Assembly: GCA_016295455.1 (NCBI GenBank)
Contig: JAEDLE010000001.1
Span: 1-58,238 of the forward strand
Direction of reading: 5' to 3'
Source: Bacteroidales bacterium
GTDB lineage: Bacteria > Bacteroidota > Bacteroidia > Bacteroidales > UBA932
Length of the DNA: 58,238 nucleotides
Shown here: one piece after another, positions 20,045-29,898 of the stretch
Numbering within the stretch: the stretch's first letter is position 1
Layout of the letters: the number at the start of each line of letters is the position of its first letter
The notes under the pieces: generated by a model
What the model was told of the DNA's origin: nothing
What the model saw: only the letters and a program-made list of their open reading frames with translations
Database searches by the model: none
Program-made: the position numbers and the translations under genes

Positions 20045-20899
20045 ATGGAAAAGGAGAAACTCTCGCGCATCAGGCATCTGGCCCTGGATATGGACGGAAC
20101 CATATACCTGGGCAGCAGGATATTCCCCTTCACCATACCCTTCCTCGAAAAGATGAAGGCGGCGGGGATAGGAATCTCCTTCCTCACCAACAACCCGACC
20201 AGGTCCGTGCAGGACTACCTTGACAAGCTCGCGAAGATGGGCATAGAAGCCACGGAGGACGGAATGTACACCACCTCCCTGGCCGCGATAGACTATATAA
20301 AGGAACACCACCCGCAGGCAAGGAGGCTCTTTCTGCTGGGCACTCCGAGCATGGCGGAACAGTTCCGCAAGGCGGGCTACGAAGAATGCGCCGACGACCC
20401 CGGGGACGTCCCTGACGTGCTTGTGGTGGCATTCGACACGACCCTCACCTACTCCAGGCTCTGCCGAGCGGCATACTGGGCCTCACAGGGCATCCCATAT
20501 GTCGCCACCAATCCTGACAGGGTATGTCCTACCGACAAGCCGACCGTGCTGGTGGACTGCGGCTCGCTCCAGAAATGCATAGAGCACGCCACGGGCAGGA
20601 AGCCCGACATAGTGCTCGGAAAACCGGATCCGACCATGCTCCAGGGCATAATGCACAGGCACGGGCTCAAGCCGGAGGAGATAGCGATGGTGGGAGACAG
20701 GATCTACACCGACACGGCGATGGCGCACAACGCCGGAGCTGTCGGAGTACTGGTACTCTCGGGCGAAACCACCATGGAGACCGTGAAGAAGGTGCAGGCC
20801 GACGCGGCGACCAATCCCGAACCGGAATTCTACCCTCCTGACCTGGTGGTCAACAACATAGCCGAACTGGGCGAGCTGCTGCTGGAAAACCGCGGGTAA
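20045..20899 (+). CDS. HAD-IIA (NagD-like) phosphatase
   Basis: DMDGT, LTNN, ATNPD, LGKP, VGDRIYTD, VLSGET. Confidence 0.92.
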   Translation: MEKEKLSRIRHLALDMDGTIYLGSRIFPFTIPFLEKMKAAGIGISFLTNNPTRSVQDYLDKLAKMGIEATEDGMYTTSLAAIDYIKEHHPQARRLFLLGTPSMAEQFRKAGYEECADDPGDVPDVLVVAFDTTLTYSRLCRAAYWASQGIPYVATNPDRVCPTDKPTVLVDCGSLQKCIEHATGRKPDIVLGKPDPTMLQGIMHRHGLKPEEIAMVGDRIYTDTAMAHNAGAVGVLVLSGETTMETVKKVQADAATNPEPEFYPPDLVVNNIAELGELLLENRG

Positions 20900-20995
20900 A
20901 AGCCCGGCATATGCGGCAGGCATTTTTTGAAATAAAGGAGTCACTTAGCCGTTTCCTTCCATTGGGAAACGGCTATTTCGTCATATCTTGCCCCC

Positions 20996-21676
20996 ATGAA
21001 GATGAAGGAAATGGGCTTGGACGAGCGCCCGGTGGAAAAAATGCTCGGCAAGGGAGCCGGAGCCCTGAGCAATTCGGAGCTGCTGGCGGTGCTGCTCAGG
21101 AGCGGCACTTCGGGTATGAACGTGATGGAACTCTCGAGGACGCTGCTGGGCGGAGCGGATAATTCCCTGACCAGACTGTCCGCCATGTCGGTGGAGCAGC
21201 TGACCAGGCTGCCGGGACTGGGCAGGACCAAGGCAGCGGTACTGCAGGCAGCCTTCGAACTGGGCAGGCGCTTCCAGTCCGAACGCTGCTGGGAAGGGAA
21301 AGAAACCATAGACGGAGCCGACAAAGTCTTCGCCATCATGTCGCCCCTGCTGAAAGGCCTGACCCACGAGCAGCTGTGGGTACTCTTCCTCAACAGGGCG
21401 AACTTCCTCATAGGCAAGGAAATGCTCAGCCGGGGCGGGATGAGCGCCACGGTAATTGACCAGAAGATGGTGATAATCAGAGCGATGGAAAAGAAGGCAA
21501 GTTCAGTCATCATAGTCCACAACCATCCTTCCGGAAACCCCAGGCCCGGTATGGAAGACCTCAAGCAGACCCAAAGGCTGCGCGAAGCCCTGAAGAACGT
21601 GGACCTGACGCTCACCGACCACGTCATCATATGCGATGACGGCTACTACAGTTTCGCACAGGATAGTCAACGCTGA
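20996..21676 (+). CDS. radC: RadC family protein (JAB/MPN domain)
   Basis: ERPVEKM...LSNSELLAVLLRSG, HhH GLGRTKA, HNHPSG, DHVII. Confidence 0.93.
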   Translation: MKMKEMGLDERPVEKMLGKGAGALSNSELLAVLLRSGTSGMNVMELSRTLLGGADNSLTRLSAMSVEQLTRLPGLGRTKAAVLQAAFELGRRFQSERCWEGKETIDGADKVFAIMSPLLKGLTHEQLWVLFLNRANFLIGKEMLSRGGMSATVIDQKMVIIRAMEKKASSVIIVHNHPSGNPRPGMEDLKQTQRLREALKNVDLTLTDHVIICDDGYYSFAQDSQR

Positions 21677-21777
21677 GCCCGCCCCCTGTCACGCGCCGAT
21701 GGGTTCAGTAACCGGGCAGAGTGAATTATTGAGTGAAAAATGGTTATATTTGTCCGGAGCACAAAAAAACGGACAAT

Positions 21778-22428
21778 ATGAAAGTCATAAACCTTGGAAA
21801 AACAGACAGCGTACTCAACAACTTCATCGCCCAGATCCGCGACAAATCCATCCAGAAAGACAGGATGCGCTTCCGCACCAACCTCAAAAGGATAGGACAG
21901 ATTTTCGGCTATGAGATCAGCAAAGTCCTGGAATATGGCAACCTCCAGGTGGAGACCCCGCTTGGCATAGCCAGCATCGACACCTGCCGGACCAGACTGG
22001 TCATAGCAACCATACTGCGCGCCGGAATACCGCTCCACGAGGGTTTGCTCGACTGTTTCGACAACGCCGACAGCGCTTTCGTGGCCGCCTACAGGAAATA
22101 CGACAGGGGCGACAAGTTTCACATCAACATCGAATATGCCACCATGCCTCCGCTGGAAGGCAAGGTACTGATGCTGGCTGACACTATGCTGGCCACGGGT
22201 GCGTCGGTAGAACTGACCCTGGACAGGCTCTGCAGGGACGGCAGGCCCGATCACGTGCATCTGGTATGCCCGATTGCGAGCGCATATGCGGTGGAATACC
22301 TCCAGAAAAGGCTCGACGACGACGTGACGCTTTGGACTGCGGCAATCGACGAGGAACTCACCAGCCAGTCCTACATAGTGCCCGGTCTGGGCGATGCCGG
22401 AGACCTGGCATATGGCGAGAAAATCTGA
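21778..22428 (+). CDS. upp: Uracil phosphoribosyltransferase
   Basis: ILRAGIP, DTMLATG, YIVPGLGDAGD; TATATTTG at 21745-21752. Confidence 0.96.
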   Translation: MKVINLGKTDSVLNNFIAQIRDKSIQKDRMRFRTNLKRIGQIFGYEISKVLEYGNLQVETPLGIASIDTCRTRLVIATILRAGIPLHEGLLDCFDNADSAFVAAYRKYDRGDKFHINIEYATMPPLEGKVLMLADTMLATGASVELTLDRLCRDGRPDHVHLVCPIASAYAVEYLQKRLDDDVTLWTAAIDEELTSQSYIVPGLGDAGDLAYGEKI

Positions 22429-22459
22429 AAACAATCCAAACAATACAAAAGACAGAATC

Positions 22460-25400
22460 ATGACCCTTACATTACGCAGAATCTGCGCTCTTGCAAGCGC
22501 AGTTCTCCTGGCGCTGACGTCGGCATATGCCGCAGATGGCGCACTCTGGATGAGATACCCTTCCATCTCACCCGACGGAAAGACCATAGCATTCTCATAT
22601 CAGGGCTCCATATACACCGTTCCTGCCACCGGCGGGAAGGCAACGAGGCTGACCCTCGGCGACGACTACTGCAATATGCCGGTATGGTCGCCTGACGGCA
22701 GGGAGATAGCCTATGCCTGCGATGCATTCGGGGCCTTCGACATCTTCACGATTCCGTCCGCGGGCGGCCCGTCCGCCAGGGTGACATTGCACTCGGCAAG
22801 CGAGTACCCATATGCATATTCGCCTGACGGCCAGAAGATTTACTATAGCGCAGCCATAGGGCAGAACGCCCTGAGCGCTGTCACCGGAGCGGCCAGGCTC
22901 GGAGAACTCTACCGCATAGACAGGAAGGGCGGCAGGCCGGAAAGGGTGACCCCTACCCCGGCGGAGGAAATCTCCTTCGCGCCGGACGGGAAATCCTTCG
23001 TCTATCAGGACAGGAAGGGCTCGGAGAACAACTGGAGAAAGCACCAGACCTCATCCGTGGCAAGGGACATCTGGTCCTGTGACCTGGAGAGCGGAGTCCA
23101 CACCATGCTGACCCGCGACGTGCACGACGACAGGATGCCGCGCTACAGCGCCGACGGCTCTACCATATACTTCCTCAGCGAAAGGAGCGGCAGCTTCAAC
23201 GTCTGGGAGATGAAAGGCGGAAATGAAGCCTCCGCGAGACAGCTCACAAACTTCGACACCCACCCGGTTCGTTTCCTCAGCGCAGCCCTCGACGGCACCC
23301 TCTGCTTCGGATACAACGGCGGCATATACACCTATGACTCAAAACGCGGCACCCGCAAGGTCGACATCGAGATCCAGGACACCGGCATCCCCGGAAAGAA
23401 AGAGTTCCTGAACGTTTCCGGAGGCAATGAATATGTCATCTCGCCCGACGGCAAGGAAGTGGCCTTCACATACAGGGGCGACGTCTTCGTGACTTCGTCC
23501 GAATATGCCACCACGAAACAGGTGAGCGCGACTCCCCAGACGGAGAAAGGCCTGACTTTCAGCAAGGACGGCCGCAAGCTCTATTATGCCTCGGAGAGGG
23601 ACGGCATGTGGGACATATATGTCAGTTCGCTGGTAAGGGACGCCGATCCGGGCTTTGCCAACGCAACCCTGCTCAGGGAAGAGCGTTTCTTCGGCGACAG
23701 GGAGCACGAAAGGACCTGTCCGGACATATCTCCTGACGGAAAGAAGCTCGCCTTCGTACAGGACAGGGACAAGCTGATGGTGATGGACCTGGCGAGCGGA
23801 GCCGTGACGATGGTGACCGACGGCTCGAAGCACTACTCCACCACAGGCTCGATGGACTACAGCTGGTCTCCTGACAGCAAGTGGTTCGCGCTCAGCTACA
23901 CCGCCAACGGACACGACCCTTATTCGGACATAGCGATAGTCAGCGCGGCCGGCGGTGAAATCATCAACCTCACCCGCACGGGCTACTTCGACATGGCACC
24001 GGTATGGTCCGCCGACGGCAACGTCATACTCTTCGCCACCGACAGGTACGGAATGCGCAGCCACGCATCCTGGGGCTCGCTTGAGGACGTCATGGCCATA
24101 TTCCTCAACAGGAAGGCATATGACGAGTTCTGCATGAGCGAGGAGGAGAAGGAGCTCCACGACAAGGCGGAGAAGGACAGGAAGGAGAAGGAAGATGCCG
24201 CAAAGGAAGAGGGCAAGGACAAGAAAAAGAAGAAGGACACCGCCGAGGAAGAAGCCCCGAAGGACGGAGTGAAGGACATCGCCGTCGAGACCGACAGGAT
24301 AGAGGAAAGGATAGTGAGGCTCACCCCGATTTCCGGTTCGCTGTCCTCATACACACTCGACAAGGAAGGCAAGACCCTCTATTACATAGCAACTTACGGA
24401 CGCCAGAGCGAGATGTTCAAATGCGATTTCAGGAAGGGTTCCAGTCCGAAGAAGATTCAGGACATAGACGGAAGCCTGGCATGGGACAGCAAGTATGAGA
24501 ACCTCTTCATCTTCGGCCGCGGCATATCCAGGATGAAGGGCGGCAACGGCAGTCCGGAGAGCGTGGCCGTCAGCGCCAGGCTCGAATACGACCCTGCCGC
24601 CGAGAGAGCCTATCTCTACGACCATATATGGAAACAGGAGAAGGAGCGTTTCTACAGCGTTGACCTCCACGGAGTCGACTGGGTGCTGATGGGCGACAAC
24701 TACAGGCAGTTCCTCCCGAGCATAGACAATGACTATGATTTCGCGGAACTCGCCAGCGAGCTGCTCGGAGAGCTGAACGTGTCCCACACCGGAGCGATGT
24801 ACCGCCCATCATCCGAGACCGGTGACGATGCGACGGCCGAGCTGGGACTCTTCTTCTCCGACGACTTCGGCGGTGACGGTCTTCTCGTGGAGGAAGTTGT
24901 GGACGGCGGGCCTTTCGACAAGGCGGCTTCGAAGGTTGCGTCCGGAGACCTGCTCCTGGCCATCGACGGCGAGGAAATCATCGCGGGAGAGGACTGGTAC
25001 CATATGCTCAACAGGAAGGCCGGAAAGAAGGTGCTCTGCTCGTTCCGCAAGGCGGACGGAAGCGCATTCGAGGAAATCGTGACCCCTGTCAGCATATCCG
25101 CGATGCGTTCGCTGCTCTACAGGCGCTGGGTAAAGAACAACGCCCGTATGGTTGAGGAACTCTCCGGCGGCAGGCTCGGCTATGTCCACATCGAATCCAT
25201 GGACGACGAAAGCTACAGGACGATATATGCCGACATACTCGGCAAATACTATCACTGCGACGGCATAGTCATCGACACCAGGTACAACGGAGGCGGACGC
25301 CTGCACGAGGACATCGAAATCCTCTTCAGCGGCACCAAGTACCTCACCCAGGTGGTTAGGGGCAAGGAAGCCTGCGACATGCCAAGCCGCAGATGGAACA

Positions 25401-25732
25401 AGGCTTCGATCATGGTGACCGGGGAGTACAACTACTCCAACGCGCACGGAACCCCTTGGGTATATCAGCATATGGGCATAGGCAGCGTGGTCGGCATGCC
25501 GGTTCCGGGCACCATGACCAGCGTGAACTGGGAGTACACCCAGAATCCGGACCTGGTCTTCGGCATACCTGTGGTGGGCTACAGGAAGGCCGACGGAGGC
25601 TATCTGGAGAACTGCCAGCTCGAGCCTGACTACAAGGTCGCGAACACGACGGAGACCCTCTCCGAAGGCCGTGACCTCCAGCTGGAGAAGGCCGTGGAGA
25701 TACTCCTGCGCCAGATTGACGGAAAAGAGTAA
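22460..25732 (+). CDS. Tricorn-like S41 family protease
   Basis: Signal peptide, PD40 repeats (SPDG), ELLGELNVSHT, PDZ, GYVHI, DTRYNGGG, YSNAH. Confidence 0.93.
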   Translation: MTLTLRRICALASAVLLALTSAYAADGALWMRYPSISPDGKTIAFSYQGSIYTVPATGGKATRLTLGDDYCNMPVWSPDGREIAYACDAFGAFDIFTIPSAGGPSARVTLHSASEYPYAYSPDGQKIYYSAAIGQNALSAVTGAARLGELYRIDRKGGRPERVTPTPAEEISFAPDGKSFVYQDRKGSENNWRKHQTSSVARDIWSCDLESGVHTMLTRDVHDDRMPRYSADGSTIYFLSERSGSFNVWEMKGGNEASARQLTNFDTHPVRFLSAALDGTLCFGYNGGIYTYDSKRGTRKVDIEIQDTGIPGKKEFLNVSGGNEYVISPDGKEVAFTYRGDVFVTSSEYATTKQVSATPQTEKGLTFSKDGRKLYYASERDGMWDIYVSSLVRDADPGFANATLLREERFFGDREHERTCPDISPDGKKLAFVQDRDKLMVMDLASGAVTMVTDGSKHYSTTGSMDYSWSPDSKWFALSYTANGHDPYSDIAIVSAAGGEIINLTRTGYFDMAPVWSADGNVILFATDRYGMRSHASWGSLEDVMAIFLNRKAYDEFCMSEEEKELHDKAEKDRKEKEDAAKEEGKDKKKKKDTAEEEAPKDGVKDIAVETDRIEERIVRLTPISGSLSSYTLDKEGKTLYYIATYGRQSEMFKCDFRKGSSPKKIQDIDGSLAWDSKYENLFIFGRGISRMKGGNGSPESVAVSARLEYDPAAERAYLYDHIWKQEKERFYSVDLHGVDWVLMGDNYRQFLPSIDNDYDFAELASELLGELNVSHTGAMYRPSSETGDDATAELGLFFSDDFGGDGLLVEEVVDGGPFDKAASKVASGDLLLAIDGEEIIAGEDWYHMLNRKAGKKVLCSFRKADGSAFEEIVTPVSISAMRSLLYRRWVKNNARMVEELSGGRLGYVHIESMDDESYRTIYADILGKYYHCDGIVIDTRYNGGGRLHEDIEILFSGTKYLTQVVRGKEACDMPSRRWNKASIMVTGEYNYSNAHGTPWVYQHMGIGSVVGMPVPGTMTSVNWEYTQNPDLVFGIPVVGYRKADGGYLENCQLEPDYKVANTTETLSEGRDLQLEKAVEILLRQIDGKE

Positions 25733-25736
25733 AGAC

Positions 25737-25777
25737 CAAAACAGGCTTCAGCACCAGATCGGCTGAAGCCTGTTTTG
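25737..25777. terminator. Bidirectional terminator
   Basis: CAAAACAGGCTTCAGC/GCTGAAGCCTGTTTTG perfect inverted repeat between convergent genes. Confidence 0.85.
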
Positions 25778-25797
25778 CTATCGGAGCGGGCCGTAGC

Positions 25798-27117
25798 CTA
25801 TTCCGCCAGTTCACATATGAGCGTGGCCGACGAACATGAGAGGACCCGGACGTCCACATAGTCGCCTGCCTTGTGCTTCCTGTCCGGGAATACACACATC
25901 TTGTTGTTGGAGGCGCGGCCGCAGAGCTCGTCCGGACTCTTCTTGGAAGGGCCCTCCACCAGCACACGGAAAGTCTTGCCTATGTCGGCGGTGTAGCTCC
26001 TGAGCGAACAGCGGCCCTGGAGGGCGATGATCTCGTTGAGCCTCCTTGTCTTGGTCTCGATGTCCACGTCGTCGGCATATTTCCTGGCAGCGAGCGTGCC
26101 CGGCCTCTCGGAGTAATAGAACATGAAGGCAGAGTCGAAGCAGACCTCCTCGAAGAGGGAGAGTGTGTCCCTGTGGTCCTGCTCGGTCTCGCCGCAGAAG
26201 CCCGCTATCACGTCGGTCGTAAGTCCGCAGTCCGGCAACACTTCCCTGATCTTGGCCACACGCTGGAGATACCACTCCCTGGTGTAACGCCTGCGCATCT
26301 TCTCCAGCATCACATTGCTGCCGGACTGGACAGGGAGATGGATATGCTTGCAGATATTGTCATATTCCGACATCGTGTAGATGACTTCGTCGCTGATATC
26401 CTGCGGGTTCGACGTGGAGAAACGCACCCTGAGCTCGGGGCTGACCTCGGCAACCATCCTCAGCAGGGCGGCGAAATTCACCTGACCGGCCTCATCCTTC
26501 CAGAGATACGAGTCCACGTTCTGTCCCAGCAGCACGACCTCCCTGTAACCCTTCGAGAAGAGGTCGCAGGCCTCCATCACTATGGTACGCGGGTCGCGGC
26601 TCCTCTCGGCGCCCCTGGTATATGGCACCACGCAGTAGGAGCAGACATTGTTGCAGCCGCGCATGATGGAGATGAAAGCGGAGACTCCGTTCTTGTCCAG
26701 ACGGACAGGGGTGATGTCCGCATAGGTCTCCTCCCTGGAGAGCATCACGTCGATCTGCGGATGCCCCGGGCTGACCGCCTCAAGCAGTTCCGGGAGCCTC
26801 CTGTAGGCATCCGGTCCCGCCACCAGGTCCACCTTGTGGCTGTCCAGAAGGGCCTCCTTGAGCCTTTCGGCCATGCAGCCCACTATGCCTATCACAACGC
26901 CCGGCCTGTGCTTCCTGGCCTGGTTGAAGCAGTCAATCCTGCCCCATATCCTCTGCTCGGCATTGTCGCGGACCGAACAGGTGTTGGCCATTATGACATC
27001 AGCCTCCTCCATCTTTTCGGTACGTTCATACCCGTGCTTCGCCAGTATGGAGAATATCACCTCGGTGTCATTCACATTCATCTGGCATCCATAAGTTTCT
27101 ATGTAAAGCTTTCCCAT
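25798..27117 (-). CDS. miaB: tRNA-2-methylthio-N6-isopentenyladenosine synthase
   Basis: ETYGCQMN, NTCSVR, GCMAE, radical SAM CNNVCSYC, TRAM domain; start reassigned to MGKLY. Confidence 0.96.
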   Translation of the reverse strand: MGKLYIETYGCQMNVNDTEVIFSILAKHGYERTEKMEEADVIMANTCSVRDNAEQRIWGRIDCFNQARKHRPGVVIGIVGCMAERLKEALLDSHKVDLVAGPDAYRRLPELLEAVSPGHPQIDVMLSREETYADITPVRLDKNGVSAFISIMRGCNNVCSYCVVPYTRGAERSRDPRTIVMEACDLFSKGYREVVLLGQNVDSYLWKDEAGQVNFAALLRMVAEVSPELRVRFSTSNPQDISDEVIYTMSEYDNICKHIHLPVQSGSNVMLEKMRRRYTREWYLQRVAKIREVLPDCGLTTDVIAGFCGETEQDHRDTLSLFEEVCFDSAFMFYYSERPGTLAARKYADDVDIETKTRRLNEIIALQGRCSLRSYTADIGKTFRVLVEGPSKKSPDELCGRASNNKMCVFPDRKHKAGDYVDVRVLSCSSATLICELAE

Positions 27118-27185
27118 TTCAATTCCCTGAATTGCAATCCTGTCGCCATATTGCCGGAAAGCCCCGCTTTCACGGTCAAAGGCAT

Positions 27186-27201
27186 TGGCACGACCCTTGC
27201 T
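27186..27201 (+). promoter_or_regulatory. Sigma-54 -24/-12 consensus site
   Basis: TGGCACG-ACCC-TTGCT, exact GG-N10-GC spacing, upstream of LEA2-SPOR-rpoN. Confidence 0.65.
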
Positions 27202-27216
27202 AAAGGTGAGCCCCGG

Positions 27217-27307
27217 CAAAGATAGGACATTTTGACGAGAGTGGACATTGCCGGTCACTATTTTGAAGATTGCCGGAGCTGCTTCTCATTGTTTTTTCAT
27301 ATATTTG
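27217..27307. promoter_or_regulatory. Divergent sigma-A promoters for miaB and LEA2 gene
   Basis: TATCTTTG on minus (27217-27224); TATATTTG on plus (27300-27307). Confidence 0.6.
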
Positions 27308-27314
27308 CGTAGAT

Positions 27315-27773
27315 ATGAAACACCGGATACTGACCATATCCGCCATACTGGCGCTGCTCCTCACTGCTTCCTGTTCGAAGATCAAACAGATCGAACTGAA
27401 GTCGTGGGCGGTGCAGGAAGTATCCCTCAAGGGCAGCAGGGGCGCCGATGCCACGCTGCTTCTGGAGATAGACAACCCGGCAATGCAGTTCACCCTCTCC
27501 GACGTGGAGGGCGTGCTTTACTGGCAGGGGAACGAATACGTGCGTTTCAGCGCCCTGCCCATAACCGTGGAAGGGCACAAGCAGGCGGTATATCCGCTTG
27601 AATGCGAGGCGCTCCTCTCCCCTTCCGTCTCGATGCTCCAGCTCATAGGCCTCGCCAGGAAGATAGACGTCACGGAAGTCACTTCCGACGTCCACGTCAG
27701 GGTGACGCTCCGCAGCGGAGTATCCAAAGCCTTCGACCTCAAGGGACTGGAAGTCGGAAAGATGCTCAAGTAA
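27315..27773 (+). CDS. LEA type 2 (WHy)-like lipoprotein
   Basis: Lipobox TASC; LEIDNP motif and beta-rich pattern. Confidence 0.65.
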   Translation: MKHRILTISAILALLLTASCSKIKQIELKSWAVQEVSLKGSRGADATLLLEIDNPAMQFTLSDVEGVLYWQGNEYVRFSALPITVEGHKQAVYPLECEALLSPSVSMLQLIGLARKIDVTEVTSDVHVRVTLRSGVSKAFDLKGLEVGKMLK

Positions 27774-27785
27774 CACAGGAAACAG

Positions 27786-28358
27786 ATGAAAACCAGGACT
27801 ATAACGCTCATTATCGCAATGATGCTCACGGCCATATGCTCACAGGGCCTCGGAGCTCAGGAATATGTCACCGTGGATTCGCTCGTGTACCGCCCGGTGT
27901 CTGCGGTGGACTCCACCCTTGTGGGCAGGGACATCTTCAGCGTGATGCCTTCACGGGCAGCCGGAGCCGGGGCAGATGTCAATGTGAGCCAGTCCCAGGC
28001 CATCTCCGGGGCCCTCTCGGCCCATATAGCCGCCAATCCGGACAGGAAACTCAGCGGATACCGCGTGAGAATCTTCTTCGACAACGGACAGAACGCCAGG
28101 CAGGCTTCCCAGCAGACTCTCGACAAGTTCAGGAAAGGGCATCCGGGCATCAGCGCCTACAGGAGCTTCCAGAACCCATATTTCAAGGTGACGGTGGGTG
28201 ACTTCCGCACCAGGAGCGAAGCCCTCGAACTGCTCGAAAGGATCAAGTCCGAGTATCCTTCGGCGTTCATACTCAAGGAAAACATCAACTACCCGGCGGT
28301 GGACAGGGAGCATGCCTACATAGTCGACACCGTGAAGGTCCTCAGAAAAGCCGAATGA
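27786..28358 (+). CDS. SPOR-domain protein
   Basis: Signal peptide; GYRVRIF...PYFKVTVGDFRTRSEA...YPSAFI. Confidence 0.88.
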   Translation: MKTRTITLIIAMMLTAICSQGLGAQEYVTVDSLVYRPVSAVDSTLVGRDIFSVMPSRAAGAGADVNVSQSQAISGALSAHIAANPDRKLSGYRVRIFFDNGQNARQASQQTLDKFRKGHPGISAYRSFQNPYFKVTVGDFRTRSEALELLERIKSEYPSAFILKENINYPAVDREHAYIVDTVKVLRKAE

Positions 28359-28359
28359 G

Positions 28360-29775
28360 ATGATCAAGCAGGAACTAGGTTTAAAGCAGCAGCAGAAGCT
28401 TTCTCCGCTTCAGATCCAGACCATCAAGCTCATAGAGCTTCCGATCCAGGATCTGGAACAGCGCATACGCAAGGAGATAGAAGAGAATCCGGTACTGGAT
28501 GACGGTCCGGCTCCGGAAGGCCGTGACGACGAGGACGACAGCCCGAAGGACGTCTCCCTCTCAGAGCTCAACGAGGATGATCCGATTCCTTCCTACAAGC
28601 TGAAGGTCAACAACTACGGCAAGGACGAGCGCCCGGAGTACAACACCTTCTCCGTCAAGCAGAGTTTCACCCAGAGTCTTATGGAACAGCTCGGCTTCAG
28701 GGACCTGGACGAGCACCAGCGCATGGTCGCCGCCTTCATCATAGGCAGCCTGGACGACGACGGCTACCTCAGGCGCGACCTGGACAGTCTCGTGGATGAC
28801 CTTGCCTTCAGGGCAGGAATCGAGACCGACACGGAAGAAGTGGAGCAGCTGCTCTCCGTAATACAGGAATTCGAACCTGCGGGAGTGGGAGCCAGGGACC
28901 TGCGCGAGTGCCTGGTAATCCAGCTCAAGACGATGAAGAAGACCGAAGAGGTCAGGAACGCCCTGCTGATACTCACCGAGCACTTCCAGGACTTCTCCAA
29001 CAGGCACTTCCAGAAGATACTCAGCCGCACAGGGATGAACGAGGACCAGCTCCGCAAGGCCATGGCCTGCATCACCCGCCTCAACCCCGCGCCCGGCGGA
29101 CAGATAGACGACTCCTACAACGACCAGGCACAGCAGATAGTGCCGGACTTCGTTCTCAGGCTCAACGACGGCGAGCTCGAACTGACCATGCCGAGATTCT
29201 CGATACCCGAGATCAGGGTGAACCGCAAATATGCCGACCTGCTCCTCAACGCGGCCGGCTCCTCCGAGCACGAGAAGAAGGAAGCCGCCGCTTTCGTGAA
29301 GCAGAAGATGGACTCCGCGAAATGGTTCGTGGAAGCCCTCAAGCAGAGGCACAACACCCTCCAGAGCACCATGCAGGCCATCATCGACTACCAGCACGAC
29401 TACTTTATGGACGGAGATGAGACCAACCTAAGGCCCATGGTCCTCAAGGATATAGCCGAGAAGACGGGCTTCGACATCTCGACCATATCCAGAGTGGTGA
29501 ACAGCAAGTACATAGAGACACACTTCGGCATATTCCCGCTGAAATATTTCTTCTCCGAAGGCCTGGAGAACCAGGACGGTGAGGAGGTTTCGACCAGGGA
29601 ACTGAAGAAAGTCCTGAAGGAATGCGTGGATGCCGAGGACAAGCACAAGCCGCTGACCGACGACCAGCTCGTGGCCGAGATGGAGAAGAGGGGCTACAAG
29701 GTGGCGCGGCGCACCATTGCCAAGTACAGGGACCAGCTGGGCATAGCCAAGGCAAGGCTCAGGATGGAGATCTGA
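28360..29775 (+). CDS. rpoN: RNA polymerase sigma-54 factor
   Basis: Gln/Leu-rich N-terminus, ENPVL, PAGVGARDLRECL, STISRV, RpoN box ARRTIAKYR. Confidence 0.97.
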   Translation: MIKQELGLKQQQKLSPLQIQTIKLIELPIQDLEQRIRKEIEENPVLDDGPAPEGRDDEDDSPKDVSLSELNEDDPIPSYKLKVNNYGKDERPEYNTFSVKQSFTQSLMEQLGFRDLDEHQRMVAAFIIGSLDDDGYLRRDLDSLVDDLAFRAGIETDTEEVEQLLSVIQEFEPAGVGARDLRECLVIQLKTMKKTEEVRNALLILTEHFQDFSNRHFQKILSRTGMNEDQLRKAMACITRLNPAPGGQIDDSYNDQAQQIVPDFVLRLNDGELELTMPRFSIPEIRVNRKYADLLLNAAGSSEHEKKEAAAFVKQKMDSAKWFVEALKQRHNTLQSTMQAIIDYQHDYFMDGDETNLRPMVLKDIAEKTGFDISTISRVVNSKYIETHFGIFPLKYFFSEGLENQDGEEVSTRELKKVLKECVDAEDKHKPLTDDQLVAEMEKRGYKVARRTIAKYRDQLGIAKARLRMEI

Positions 29776-29804
29776 CGGCCCTCCGCACGCCCCCCGGGAA
29801 AGGG

Positions 29805-29870
29805 GTGGATTACATTGTGGAAAAAAATGTAAGAGTGTGGAATAAAATGGCAAATTAATTCCTATCTTTG
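29805..29870 (+). promoter_or_regulatory. dcw promoter with putative MraZ boxes
   Basis: GTGG/ATGT/GTGG/ATGG at 10-bp spacing (29817-29850), then TATCTTTG at 29863-29870. Confidence 0.6.
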
Positions 29871-29898
29871 TGACCAAGCGTGAAACAAGTTGGTCGGT

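Noticed and set aside
20996..21676. radC as a mobile-element marker
   Set aside because: Full-length chromosomal type among housekeeping genes, with no mobile context.
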